Below are positions 1-9,484 of a stretch of DNA of 64,000 bases, in pieces. The position numbers were made by a program, and so were the translations under genes. The notes under the pieces are model-generated. The model searched no databases. It worked only from the letters and a program-made list of their open reading frames with translations, and had not been told where the DNA came from. Location of the stretch: the NCBI GenBank assembly GCA_965222375.1, contig CBDCTZ010000011.1:352001-416000 (forward strand), given 5' to 3'. Position 1 is the first letter of the stretch. Every line of letters begins with the position of its first letter. This stretch comes from Polyangiaceae bacterium (GTDB lineage Bacteria; Myxococcota_A; Polyangia; Polyangiales; Polyangiaceae).

Positions 1-363
1 GCTGGCGTTGCCACTGATGGCGCCAGACGGTCCGATGGCGGATGGGTTCATCTCCGCGTCCGAGTTCAACGTCGAGTACAGGCTCGGCTGCGGTTGATCG
101 GTGGAGGGAACGCCGCAACCCACTAGGTCCACCGCAGTGCTGCCGCTCCCGGACGCGCCCGCGAACCCGCCAGTGGAGCCCGCAGCGCCTGCGGTGCCGC
201 CACTACTTCCAGCGGCTCCACCACTTGCGCCGCCACTCCCACCCGCCGCGCCGCCCGTGCCGCCGGTTGCGTCTTTCGTGACGGATTTTGAGGTGCAGGC
301 AGCAAGTGAAAGCGCGAGCAATGTCGCGGCAACGCGCGCGGTCGTGAGGACTCTGCGAGGCAC
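1..363 (-). CDS. Gly/Ser-rich lipoprotein, N-terminal part; runs off the left edge
   Basis: Manual translation from GTG at 363: MPRRVLTTARVAATLLALSLAAC-TSKSVTKDATGGTGGAAGGSGG...; lipobox-like LAAC, open frame to base 1. Not in the ORF track because there is no stop in the window. Confidence 0.7.
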   Translation of the reverse strand, partial: MPRRVLTTARVAATLLALSLAACTSKSVTKDATGGTGGAAGGSGGASGGAAGSSGGTAGAAGSTGGFAGASGSGSTAVDLVGCGVPSTDQPQPSLYSTLNSDAEMNPSAIGPSGAISGNAS

Positions 364-413
364 AAAGGCAGGATACCACGCCGCGCTCGAGCGCACTTGT
401 ACATCAACGCGCC

Positions 414-677
414 CTAGGGCCGACCGGTCACGTGAAACTGCATCGAGGTGGCTTTCCGGAACGGGCTGGGCCGAGTGGAGCGGGTCGGCATCAGGAACAC
501 ACTCACACTCAGTCCGTCCTTAAAGAACGTTAGCGTCGCGCCGTCAGGCTTTCTTGTCGTCTGGCCCTCGGTGTAGCCGGCCGCGACGAACCCCTGGCGC
601 AGGCTGAACTCCTGCTTGAGCCGCACGTCGTTGCTGCCCCAATAGCCTAGCTCCAGAGCGCATCGACGTGGCCCCAC
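414..677 (-). CDS. Hypothetical protein or gene fragment
   Basis: Protein-like composition (QGFVAAGYTEG...LTFFKDGLSVSVFL), but an in-frame TAG lies just upstream and there is no clear RBS. Confidence 0.3.
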   Translation of the reverse strand: MGPRRCALELGYWGSNDVRLKQEFSLRQGFVAAGYTEGQTTRKPDGATLTFFKDGLSVSVFLMPTRSTRPSPFRKATSMQFHVTGRP

Positions 678-727
678 GCAACCCTGATTCGCGGCGCCCT
701 AGTTCTCGGTGGCTCATTGTCACGGTC

Positions 728-833
728 GCAATCACGCGGCACCCTCTCGGAGCACCGCGCTTTCCATTCACGAGCTTGTCGCGTCATCGAGACGCGAAGC
801 GCATGAGCACCACGAACTCAGAAGCCCATGCCG
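728..833 (-). repeat. Displaced copy of the groEL 3' end, its 3' UTR and terminator (att-like direct repeat of 13029-13136)
   Basis: 816-833 ACTCAGAAGCCCATGCCG is identical to 13119-13136. Similarity continues through AGACGC-AAGCGCATGA and the ACGCGGCACCC...GGAGCACCGCG hairpin. Confidence 0.9.
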
Positions 834-886
834 GGGACGCCCGGCGGTTGGATGAGGGTCTGAAGCCGTCTACACTCGAGAGCGAC

Positions 887-1174
887 ATGCAGGAACTCGG
901 TCGGACGCTCGGACTGTGCGGGTTGATTCTCTTCGGCTTGGGTGGCATCTGCTATTGCTTCTTGCTCGCTGCTTTCCTCGCCGAGAAGGCAAAAGGCGGC
1001 TACTCCGATTACGTCGGCTACGTGTTCAGAAACCCCGGCGCTTTCTTCACATTCGTCTTCAGGGAGCTCAAGCCAGACGATTGGCGCAAGAGGCTCGTGA
1101 TTCCCTGGATCGTTCTGTGCGCGATCGGCACCGCTCTGATCGTAGCAGGGGCCGTTATCGACCCGACCTCGTGA
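887..1174 (+). CDS. Small membrane protein with 2 predicted TM helices
   Basis: Hydrophobic stretches LGLCGLILFGLGGICYCFLLAAFL and LVIPWIVLCAIGTALIVAGAVI. Start moved to ATG 887 because the longer ORF crosses the att-like repeat. Confidence 0.6.
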   Translation: MQELGRTLGLCGLILFGLGGICYCFLLAAFLAEKAKGGYSDYVGYVFRNPGAFFTFVFRELKPDDWRKRLVIPWIVLCAIGTALIVAGAVIDPTS

Positions 1175-1210
1175 CGTCCCGCGGCGGCGGGCTCGCGGGA
1201 GAATCAGTGT

Positions 1211-2119
1211 TTGAAGGAACTAGAGGAGGCCCGAACCAGGGTGGATGACCCGGAACTTGGAAAGTGCAGGCATTGCGGCGGCGAGCAGCCACTTAACCTC
1301 CATGAGCCGCCTGACGGCTGTCCGTTCTGCGGCGGCGCCGAGCCGCTTCCTGTTGCGTTAGCGGAGCGGCTTTCGGATCTCCGCGCCGCAATCAAGCAGC
1401 GGGCGCGGCGCGAACACCAAATCGTCGCCTCCCAACTGCGACTGATTGAAGACTTTGGTTTGTGGAATGCCTGCGCCCCACCACTCGTCGCCGTCTGCAT
1501 GGTCGTTCCGATGTTGTTTGTCGTGTCATCAGACCTGCCGCCCGAGATCTCGTTGTTTCGGTTCTTGTTCCTCGAGTCCGTCACGGACGAGATCGCGCCG
1601 GGGAAATTCCTCGTCGGCATGTGGTGGAGCTTTTATGCGATCGTCGCGTACACCACGGCGAGTGCGTGGCTGTGGATGTGCGTCGGGGCGTTCATGAGGC
1701 GCGTCTACCGATTCACGGCTCCGCTGGAGCCCGGGGAAGACGGCGCCTTGGGCTGTCGACTGTGCGGGGCGCCACTGCCGCGCAGCGGCGCCATCGTGCG
1801 GCGCTGTGACTATTGCGGGGCCGATCACCTCTTGGCTCGGGCGGCATATCGCCGCCGCGCGCGGACGTTCGAGCGGGCACTCACCGACGCGGAGAAAGCG
1901 GTTTCCGCCAGCGTCAGCCGGCGCAACCGATTGGGTGAGGGGCTTCGCCAAGGGACGCTAGGAATCTCGATCTTTGGATTGATTACCGCCTTGACGACGG
2001 GTGCGTGGCTGGACGAACCGACGCGCCCCTTTTGGATGATCGCGACCACCGGAGGTTTGGTGGCCATCGCTCCCGCACGGTCCCTGCTCAAGCGGATCGT
2101 CTCGGCAGGCGCGGCGTAG
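1211..2119 (+). CDS. Membrane protein with two CxxC...CxxC zinc-ribbon motifs
   Basis: CRHC...CPFC and CRLC...CDYC pairs; several TM segments. Confidence 0.7.
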   Translation: MKELEEARTRVDDPELGKCRHCGGEQPLNLHEPPDGCPFCGGAEPLPVALAERLSDLRAAIKQRARREHQIVASQLRLIEDFGLWNACAPPLVAVCMVVPMLFVVSSDLPPEISLFRFLFLESVTDEIAPGKFLVGMWWSFYAIVAYTTASAWLWMCVGAFMRRVYRFTAPLEPGEDGALGCRLCGAPLPRSGAIVRRCDYCGADHLLARAAYRRRARTFERALTDAEKAVSASVSRRNRLGEGLRQGTLGISIFGLITALTTGAWLDEPTRPFWMIATTGGLVAIAPARSLLKRIVSAGAA

Positions 2120-2205
2120 GCGTCCCCGTCTCCGTCGATCCGCATCCCCTCTGCGACCGCGTACCGAGCCGTCATGCTCAGGAGCAATGCCGCGCGAGCA
2201 GTGCC

Positions 2206-2972
2206 TTACGTGCCAGCCTGGTAGTACAGCGTGTACTTCCCGCGATGGATTGCCAACCGGACCTCTTCGATTTCAAAGTCGACAGGAGCGCCGTCCAGGA
2301 CGAGCAAGACTTGGTCGTTGAACTGCTTCATGTTCGGATTAGCACACGGCGTGCCGTCATAGGCGAACCCATCAAAGGTCATCTTCGAGCCGTCGACGAA
2401 GTACTTCCCGGTTCCCGTTTGACAACCCGTCTCGATGGAAACCGTTCCGCTACTATCGAAGTATGCGGTCACGTTCGGTGAACCCGGACCGCTCGCCAGC
2501 TTGCCGTTGCTGAATCCGTCGCTACGCCACTGCGTGCCGACGAGCGGTCGGTTCGGGCTGGCAACCTCCCGGTCGAGCAGGGTCATCTGTGCCGAGGATG
2601 TGGTCATCTTCAAGCGGGGCTCCACGAGCTCGAGCTTGGGCTTGGCGCGTAGGAAGCTCACGAGCCAGTCGTCTTGGGCGTGACGGGGTCCACTGCGGTC
2701 ATGCCGTAGCCGGGTAGCGAGAGTTTGCTGTCGGTGACGCTGAACGTGGCATTGATAGAATTGCAGCCAGCGCTCGCCGAAAGTTCCTGATCGCGAAAGC
2801 GCAGGCGCACCTCGGTCCCCGCCACCAACTGCCAGCCCCCAACGCTCTCGGAGACAAAGGTGCGCCCATTCAGAGCCGCCTCCATGCCTCCCACGGGACC
2901 GCCGTCGCTAGAGCCGCTGCAACCGCACAGCAGGAGTCCCCCAAGCAGCAGGTGCGATGATCTTGCCGACAC
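2206..2972 (-). pseudogene. META-domain (HslJ-like) lipoprotein, frameshifted paralog of 9485-10261
   Basis: ORFs 2658-3020 and 2206-2661 together align with the intact copy. There are 20 nt between GYG and HAQ codons here versus 30 nt in the intact copy, a 10-nt loss near 2683-2700. Confidence 0.85.
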
Positions 2973-3298
2973 ATGCCAAGTTTGACCCCAGCTTGCGGTC
3001 AGCGCACCAGCGGAATGCACGCGACGCGGTCGACACCAGAGCTTGCATGATCGATCTCACCACTGAGCGTGGCCGCGCACCGGTGTGTGGCCGACAGCGA
3101 CCAGCGGGATGAACCCGCAATGCGCAATGTACCGAGTGCTGTGCCGCGTCAGATGACCCATCGTCGTCGCCGGCGGGCTATCCCACCCCCAATGAGGCCG
3201 GCGACAGCCTCGTGCCGCGAAGGGCGTCCAAGCTGGCATCCGCCGTCCGCGTCTGCGCCGCCGTTCGCTGCACAGGTCGAACCTCAGCCGCTCCGGGC

Positions 3299-3481
3299 AC
3301 GCCCACGCCTACGTGGACGCCCACGGGCACGGGTACGGGAGACGGGAACGTTGACGGGCGACGTTCACGATGTGTTGGCATGACGAAACCGTTCCCGTTC
3401 CGGTTTTTGCGTCTGCGTTCTTGCGTAGGCGTAGGCGTCCTCGTTCCCGTAGGTGCCCCCGTCTCCGTCAATCTGCCCACC
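3299..3481. repeat. Hexamer-built (ACGNNN/CGTNNN) foldback element, copy 1 (short)
   Basis: Shares core ACGGGAGACGGGWACGTTGACGG...GTGTTGGCATGRCGAAACCGTTCCCGT and end CCCCGTCTCCGTCAATCYGCCCACC with 12616-12944. Confidence 0.85.
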
Positions 3482-3542
3482 GGAATGGATCAATACATCG
3501 CTGACACTTTCGTGACGGTTGGCAGCGGGTGAATAGGGGGGC

Positions 3543-4454
3543 CTACACCCACGGCCCGCCAGGTGCCCAGCACTTAGCGAATGCCGACCCCGTTGTCGCG
3601 GCTGCAAGCGGCTCCTCGACGAAGCGGGCAATCGTGGCCGCGACGTCGCGAAGCGCCCCGGGGCTTGGGGCGCCCGACTTTCGCAGGAACGCGCCCCACT
3701 GCGTTATCTTCATGCGGTCGTCTGTGAACTCCAGCGTGAGTGCCACGGGCAGTCCCGTGGGCAGCGGTGTTCCCCTGCGAGCAAACGTTGCTGCGATAGC
3801 CCGAACGAGCAGTTCTCCATCGAAGGCGAACATCTGCGAGAGAACAATGAGGTCGTAGAAGTCTTTCATGCGGCTGTTTGCCTGGTCGAGCTTCACCATC
3901 GCCTCGAGCTTTTCGGCCACGACGGTCTCGCGCGGGTAGGCGCGCAGTCTCGGAGCGGGGAAGTCGAGCAGTGGCGGGAAGTCCACCTTCACGGCGTCGG
4001 GAGTGATCGCGTCGCCAAAGCCGACGTCGACTTGCAGTCGAACCTTGGCGCTGGTCACCTGGGCGATCAGCAGGACGCGGACCCCACCGTAGTCCTGCTC
4101 CTCGCGGATGGGGCCCACCTCAATCGTGGTTGCGTCGAAACGAACGCCGTCATCGTCAACCTCCATGGCGACGATTTCGGCGAACGCGGAGCGGATGTAC
4201 TCTTCGCTCGGATCGCCCAGGCCAAGGAGGTCAACGTCGCGTGTCGCTCGGTGAGGCTCGCCGGTCCAGAGCGTGAAGAGCGTGGCGCCTTTGAGTACGA
4301 ACCGAGACGCGTGCGCGGAGCTCGCGAGACGATAGAGCAACCGCTCGTTCGCGTAGCGCGTGAGGACGAGCTGGAAGTCTTCTCCCCGCTCGCGCGCGAG
4401 TCGCAACAGGCGCGAGCGCACGGATGCGCCGACGTCCTTGGGCGACTTTGTCAT
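3543..4454 (-). CDS. abiEii: AbiEii-family nucleotidyltransferase toxin (type IV TA)
   Basis: ERLLYRL, FVLKGA, RATRDVDLL, VAEKLEA and NSRMKDFYD motifs; overlaps the antitoxin stop (ATGA). Confidence 0.92.
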   Translation of the reverse strand: MTKSPKDVGASVRSRLLRLARERGEDFQLVLTRYANERLLYRLASSAHASRFVLKGATLFTLWTGEPHRATRDVDLLGLGDPSEEYIRSAFAEIVAMEVDDDGVRFDATTIEVGPIREEQDYGGVRVLLIAQVTSAKVRLQVDVGFGDAITPDAVKVDFPPLLDFPAPRLRAYPRETVVAEKLEAMVKLDQANSRMKDFYDLIVLSQMFAFDGELLVRAIAATFARRGTPLPTGLPVALTLEFTDDRMKITQWGAFLRKSGAPSPGALRDVAATIARFVEEPLAAATTGSAFAKCWAPGGPWV

Positions 4455-5056
4455 GCAAGCGCCTCGAGGTAGGGCCGCATGAAGGTATAGATTCGATCGG
4501 CGCGCGCCGCCTCGACGAGGGTATTCATGCCGCCCCGATGCGCGCGGAGGTAGTCGCGCAGTGCAGCGAGGGCGATATCGAGGCCCACGTGCTGCCTGTA
4601 GCGGAAGCAGTCGGCGACGGTCTTCGCTGGGCTGGTGACCCGTACCTTCACGCCCTCCACCTCGCGCGTCTCGATGCCGTGCGTGAGGGCGCGGCCGCTT
4701 GCGCGAACGACCTTGAGCTTGGGATAGGAGAGCTTGGGCATGCGCGCGTGGCGGTCAATCATCACCCACACAGCATGCGGCACCTCGGCCGTCAGCTCGT
4801 GAAGCTGCAGCGCACTGAGTAGGCAGATGGTCGCGTGCGGCACGCGCACGGTGACCTCGGCGAGGGAGTGCAGCTCAGTGATGGGTGCGTCCGCCAGTCG
4901 ATAGACGCCGCGGTCGACCTGTTCCAGCACCCCCCGATCACAGAGTCGGCGCAGGTAGACCCGCGGGATGCCCGCTTTGGCCAGGTCGCGAGCGCGAACC
5001 GGACCTTTGCGGGCGAGCCGAAGGAGTGCGTCCGTTCTTGTGGCATCGGCCGGCAT
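4451..5056 (-). CDS. abiEi: AbiEi-family antitoxin / wHTH transcriptional regulator (type IV TA)
   Basis: RGVYRL wHTH, ICLLSALQLHELT and SPAKTVADCFRYR motifs; start placed at ATG 5056. Confidence 0.9.
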   Translation of the reverse strand: MPADATRTDALLRLARKGPVRARDLAKAGIPRVYLRRLCDRGVLEQVDRGVYRLADAPITELHSLAEVTVRVPHATICLLSALQLHELTAEVPHAVWVMIDRHARMPKLSYPKLKVVRASGRALTHGIETREVEGVKVRVTSPAKTVADCFRYRQHVGLDIALAALRDYLRAHRGGMNTLVEAARADRIYTFMRPYLEALA

Positions 5057-5060
5057 GATG

Positions 5061-5098
5061 CGAAACGTCGGTCGTTGATAATTTCGACATACGTTTTG
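5061..5098. promoter_or_regulatory. Imperfect inverted repeat, candidate AbiEi operator
   Basis: AAACGTcgGTCG (5063-5074) / CGACatACGTTT (5085-5096), 10 of 12 positions complementary, in an AT-rich stretch directly upstream of abiEi. Confidence 0.55.
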
Positions 5099-5243
5099 TA
5101 ACATCATGGGGACCGTTTGGCAAGTGAGCCATTCGCCAATACAGAGCTAATCTTGCCTGTTGGGCGTCGCCTCCCGGGGGCGGGGCGGGACGTATCCGCC
5201 CACCCCCGGGGTTGGCACTAGCTCGTCCGATTCGCGCATCGTG

Positions 5244-5708
5244 CTACGGCGCGCATTCGAACTTTGTCGTCGTGGGCACGCTTTTCACGGCTGCGCAGGC
5301 GGGCGGATCAGGCGCGACCTTCCCGCACATGTCGGCGCAAGCGTATTGGTCAAAGCCGTCGAGGCAGGCCTGTAGTTGAGGGTCCGTTGCGGTCTCGATT
5401 CCTTGGAAAGCAGGAATCTCGGTGCACGCATCTACGAAGGTGCTTTTCATCGCGGAGCAGTAGCTCGCGTCAACGACGCCGGCACCGGGGTCGCTGAAGT
5501 TCTGGAAGACTTTGCAGCGAGCGCGGGCACCGCAAAGAGAATCGTGAAGGCGCCTGCACCGATCCAAGCGGCTGTCGCCATCTTCATCGGCGCCGCTACA
5601 TCCGCTCAATGCAACGGCCAACAGCGCGATGATCGCCTTCCAGGTCGCGAGACGGTATCGAGGGTTCGACACGAGGATATGTGCCATTCCGTTGATACTC
5701 TGCCCCAT
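5244..5708 (-). CDS. Cys-rich lipoprotein
   Basis: Lipobox ALSGC, paired cysteines; start uncertain. Confidence 0.65.
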   Translation of the reverse strand: MGQSINGMAHILVSNPRYRLATWKAIIALLAVALSGCSGADEDGDSRLDRCRRLHDSLCGARARCKVFQNFSDPGAGVVDASYCSAMKSTFVDACTEIPAFQGIETATDPQLQACLDGFDQYACADMCGKVAPDPPACAAVKSVPTTTKFECAP

Positions 5709-6428
5709 CTAGTCGAAGTTGACCTTCACGCTCGTGTCCCACGGAAAGCTGATGGTTGTCGACGCATTCTTCAGTACCGGCAAGTGGGTGTACGAGTTGC
5801 AGAAGCCGCTGGCGTTGGGGAAATCGCAGACGCAGTCGACGCACTCGCCAGCTGCTTCTGCGGCAATCGTGTAGGTGCCTGGCGCAGGCGTCGCTCGTCG
5901 TCGGCAGCTCGCGTTTCCGCCGGATGGATCGAGAAAGCACTGGCTGGGCATCTCGACTTGGTCGTACGTCGCGCCAGGCCACTTGTAGTCATAGCTGGAG
6001 CCGTTCGCGACGCGTAGCACCTTGGGCGCTTGGCAGGCTGCGCCGCAACCACCAGGACTCGTCTGCAGCTGTTCGCAGGTTACGCCGCAGTCGCTGGGCT
6101 CGAGAAGGAGCTCTGTACCTTTCGAGTTCGAGAGCCGAAATAGAACTTCCTCACCGCAATCGAAGACCTTCGGCAGTATGTATATCGCGCCGCCGCTCCC
6201 GCTGTGTTGGAATTGGACCGTGATCTCGGCGCCTGGCTTCGCGTCCTTGTAGGCGTCGCAGCCTTGCCCGCCGCCCGCCCCGCTGCCGCCAGTCGCGGCG
6301 CTACCCCCGGCCGCCGCGGTTCCAGTTCCGGCAGCGCCACCAGATGTGTCGACGTCGGTAGAACCACCGCAAGCACTTGCGAAAAAGGCCGAGATGACAA
6401 AGCTCAACGAGGAGCGCGTGTGCGTCAT
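5709..6428 (-). CDS. Gly-linker, Cys-rich lipoprotein
   Basis: MTHTRSSLSFVISAFFASAC lipobox, Gly-rich linker, Cys-rich domain. Confidence 0.75.
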   Translation of the reverse strand: MTHTRSSLSFVISAFFASACGGSTDVDTSGGAAGTGTAAAGGSAATGGSGAGGGQGCDAYKDAKPGAEITVQFQHSGSGGAIYILPKVFDCGEEVLFRLSNSKGTELLLEPSDCGVTCEQLQTSPGGCGAACQAPKVLRVANGSSYDYKWPGATYDQVEMPSQCFLDPSGGNASCRRRATPAPGTYTIAAEAAGECVDCVCDFPNASGFCNSYTHLPVLKNASTTISFPWDTSVKVNFD

Positions 6429-6672
6429 TGTAGATGCTCGACGCAACTGCCGTGCCATCGGCTTTCTTCGCGGAGAGACGGGAAACTGCTACGGGCGACA
6501 TGGCACGCCTGTGCCGTCTTGCGCCGCCTCCTCTCCGTGTTGTGGCGCTTGGGCCTGGGCACCTCTGGCTGTTGCTTCGCGCAATCGCTGCGTTCACCAC
6601 GAAGAACGAACCCCATGCTGCGACACGTCGGTGCGGTTCGTGGCGCGAACCGGCGGTGCTACGCTTTCCAGC

Positions 6673-8202
6673 ATGAAGCTGCGCATCTCGGTGAGGTCGT
6701 GGAGCACCGTGTTCGCTGCCGCCCTCGGATTCGGGGGTCAGGCTGCCTGTAGCTCGAACTCGTCGGGCGGCACGCCAAACGTTGACGCGGGGTCGCCGGA
6801 CGCTACGTTGAACGTCGACAGCGGTCTCGATGCACCCCCTTCGTCGTCCATCTTCGCCTGCGAAAACGGTGTCCCGTGGTCGAGCGACGGCGGCCCGTCA
6901 GGCGGGCTTGAGCGTTGCGAGAGCGGAATGCTGCACCGCCCCGCTGCTGGCAACTGCGGAACGGGTCCACCCTGGCCGACCGGGGGAGTACCCGATCCCC
7001 TCCCGCCAGGGATGTCGATTGGCCTTGGGGACGGCTGTCGCAAGGACTCGGATTGCACGGCAATGGCGCATGGCTACTGCGCCCTCATTGCGCGGAGCGC
7101 GCCTGAGCCGAGCGAATCGAACTGCACCTATGCCTGCTCGTCCGACGCGGACTGCGCTGCGGGGTTCCTGTGCGCCTGCGGAGAGTCGGTGAGCACGTGC
7201 GTCCCGGCTGACTGCGCGACCGACGCCGACTGTGGCGACATGCCGTGTATCCTCTTGCCGTCAGTCGTCACCTGCGGCCAACCCGCTCAACCGAAATTCC
7301 CGTGTGGCCGAGTCGGGCAAGAGTGTGCGGCCGACTCCCAGTGCCCCGAATTCCAGGCTTGCATCGCGGGCGCCTGCGAGTCGCGGATGAACATATGTGG
7401 TCGTCCGTTCCTGGTCGGCGGTATCCAGCGTCAGGCGGCCCCCGTCTCTCGAAACGACTGGGCGCATGCGATGGCGCTAGACCCTGGTGAGCTCGATTCT
7501 GGCGTACGAAGTTCGTTGGCCGAGCACTACACGCGCGCTGGCCTCATGGAGCACGCCTCGATCGCTGCCTTCGCGCGCTTTGTCATGGACCTTCTCGCCC
7601 TCGGCGCTCCCCCACAGCTCGTGCAAGGCGCACACAGGGCACTCGCGGACGAACTCGCCCACGCGCAGATCTGTTTCGGGCTAGCGTCCAAGTATGCGGG
7701 AGCAAGCCGCGGCCCCGGACGTATCGATGTGGAGGGCGCACTGCAAAGTAGTAGCTCCAGCGCGATCCTGGAGACGACCTTCCGCGAGATGTGCATCGGT
7801 GAAACCTGCGCCGCGATGGAAGTGGCCGAGAGCGCGCAACGAGCGACCGAACCGACCGTGCGCGCCGCGCTCGAGCGGATTGCCGCCGACGAGACCCGCC
7901 ATGCAACTCTCGGCTGGAAGTTCGTGAAATGGTTGCTTGACGGCCAGAGCGTCTCAGAGCGCAGGCGTTCGTTGGAGCGGCTGCGGTCTCTGGTTGCGGC
8001 GGAGGGCCGTCGTCGTGGTGGCTCTGAGGCCAAGGCTCGACCCGCGTCAGAGATGGACGCGCTTGTGGCGCACGGCTTGCTGCCAGACCTAGTTCGCAGT
8101 GCCGTGCACGACGCAGCCATCAACGAGGTCGTTGCGCCGTGCATCGAGACGCTGGCGAGCCAGCAGCAAGGCTTTCCTACCCAAGAATCCGCTTTGAGCT
8201 GA
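6673..8202 (+). CDS. Cys-rich lipoprotein with C-terminal ferritin-like (diiron) domain
   Basis: GQAAC lipobox; EHASIAAF, DELAHA, E-x3-GET and DETRHA ferritin-like ligand motifs. Confidence 0.8.
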   Translation: MKLRISVRSWSTVFAAALGFGGQAACSSNSSGGTPNVDAGSPDATLNVDSGLDAPPSSSIFACENGVPWSSDGGPSGGLERCESGMLHRPAAGNCGTGPPWPTGGVPDPLPPGMSIGLGDGCRKDSDCTAMAHGYCALIARSAPEPSESNCTYACSSDADCAAGFLCACGESVSTCVPADCATDADCGDMPCILLPSVVTCGQPAQPKFPCGRVGQECAADSQCPEFQACIAGACESRMNICGRPFLVGGIQRQAAPVSRNDWAHAMALDPGELDSGVRSSLAEHYTRAGLMEHASIAAFARFVMDLLALGAPPQLVQGAHRALADELAHAQICFGLASKYAGASRGPGRIDVEGALQSSSSSAILETTFREMCIGETCAAMEVAESAQRATEPTVRAALERIAADETRHATLGWKFVKWLLDGQSVSERRRSLERLRSLVAAEGRRRGGSEAKARPASEMDALVAHGLLPDLVRSAVHDAAINEVVAPCIETLASQQQGFPTQESALS

Positions 8203-8283
8203 AACGGAGCACTTCGAAGGCTGCCCTAATCATTGCTCGTCGTGGGGAATGCTGAGCATCGGCGACTCGCAGTGAAATGCCCG

Positions 8284-8712
8284 TCACTCCTGGGTGACGG
8301 GAGCTAGCGCGGTGATTGCGTCGGCGACCGTCTGGCAGGCAGCAACGACATCGGTCACGAGCCCATCGTCCACTTCCAACGCGCCTTCGTACTCACCGCG
8401 ATTGCGCAGGTCGTGGCACTTGGCCAGGACGCGCCAGACTTCGGGGCCCAAATTCAGCGTGTGTGGCAAGACTTGGAAAACGATGTAGCGCTTGGTCGCC
8501 CGGTAGCCGTGCGAGCGCAGCGCTGCCAAGGCGAGCGCATGGGCGGCGTTGTAGGCGAGATCGAATCGACCCTCCAACGATAGGTTCTCGAGGCGGGCGT
8601 CCTTTAGCCGCGCGAGCCCTGAACGTTTCAGGTTGGCGAACTCGTCTGCATCCGGCGGCTCGCGGGTCAGAAGCCCGCCCGGCTTAGAAAGGTTATCCAA
8701 CTGCGAGGTCAC
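8284..8712 (-). CDS. HEPN-like protein, partner of the upstream nucleotidyltransferase
   Basis: LAYNAAHALALAAL helix and R-x4-Y motif (RNRGEY); overlaps the MNT gene. Confidence 0.75.
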   Translation of the reverse strand: MTSQLDNLSKPGGLLTREPPDADEFANLKRSGLARLKDARLENLSLEGRFDLAYNAAHALALAALRSHGYRATKRYIVFQVLPHTLNLGPEVWRVLAKCHDLRNRGEYEGALEVDDGLVTDVVAACQTVADAITALAPVTQE

Positions 8713-9328
8713 GTTCCTCCCCTAGTACCCACAACTTCGGTTGAGACAAGACTCGCTTGACAAATGGATTGTCCCTCTTGACCCGCCTGTTGAATTCCTT
8801 CTGAGAGTATACCGTTGGATTCACTGGTCTGCCAAGGCGCGTTGCCGTCTCTTCGAGTGCGAGAAAGATGTCAGCGTGCGTCAGCGTGTCGCTGACAATC
8901 ATCAGGTCGATGTCACTGGACGCGGTGTCTTGTCGTTTCGCGACTGACCCGAAGATGAACGCAGCCGCGATTCGATCCCGATGCCGCGCCAGCGCTTGTC
9001 GCAGTGGCTCGACCACGCCAACGGTCTTGAGCACAATGCCGCAGAGCTCTTCAAAGATGGGGGCGTTCGGGTTGGCCTGATAGTGCTTCTGGTTGCCAAT
9101 TCGCGTCACGGTGACAAGCCCGCTTCGCGCGAGCCGGGCCAGCTCGCGCTGGACCGCGCCCGACCCGCTGCCTGTGAGCACGATCAACTCGGTGGCGTAG
9201 AAACTACGCCCCGGTCTTCCGAACACATGAGCTAGGACTCGCTGTTGCGTGGTGGTGAACAACGCGTCCGCGAGTCCACTTTGCGCAGACTCAACCAACG
9301 GCGGATTTTTCCTACCCATATTGGGCAT
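8693..9328 (-). CDS. HTH plus minimal nucleotidyltransferase (MNT) antitoxin
   Basis: N-terminal wHTH (GAVQRELARL...GNQKHYQAN) and FGSVA...SDIDL motif; start at 9328 or 9319. Confidence 0.88.
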   Translation of the reverse strand: MPNMGRKNPPLVESAQSGLADALFTTTQQRVLAHVFGRPGRSFYATELIVLTGSGSGAVQRELARLARSGLVTVTRIGNQKHYQANPNAPIFEELCGIVLKTVGVVEPLRQALARHRDRIAAAFIFGSVAKRQDTASSDIDLMIVSDTLTHADIFLALEETATRLGRPVNPTVYSQKEFNRRVKRDNPFVKRVLSQPKLWVLGEERDLAVG

Positions 9329-9370
9329 AGTAATACCCAATATGGGTATTGAGCTACCCAAATTGGGCAT
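9313..9370. promoter_or_regulatory. Three palindromic TACCCA-N3-TGGGYA boxes at exact 21-bp period, overlapping the MNT start
   Basis: 9313 TACCCATATTGGGCAT, 9334 TACCCAATATGGGTAT, 9355 TACCCAAATTGGGCAT. Confidence 0.8.
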
Positions 9371-9484
9371 TCACGTTCGGGTGTCGGATTGCCTGACAAC
9401 GCGGCGAGAGGCGATGTGGCGGGGCCACGTCGGCGCTGGTGGAGGCTCGTTGGGGCGTAGTTGCGCTAGCTTCTCGCCGGAGCT

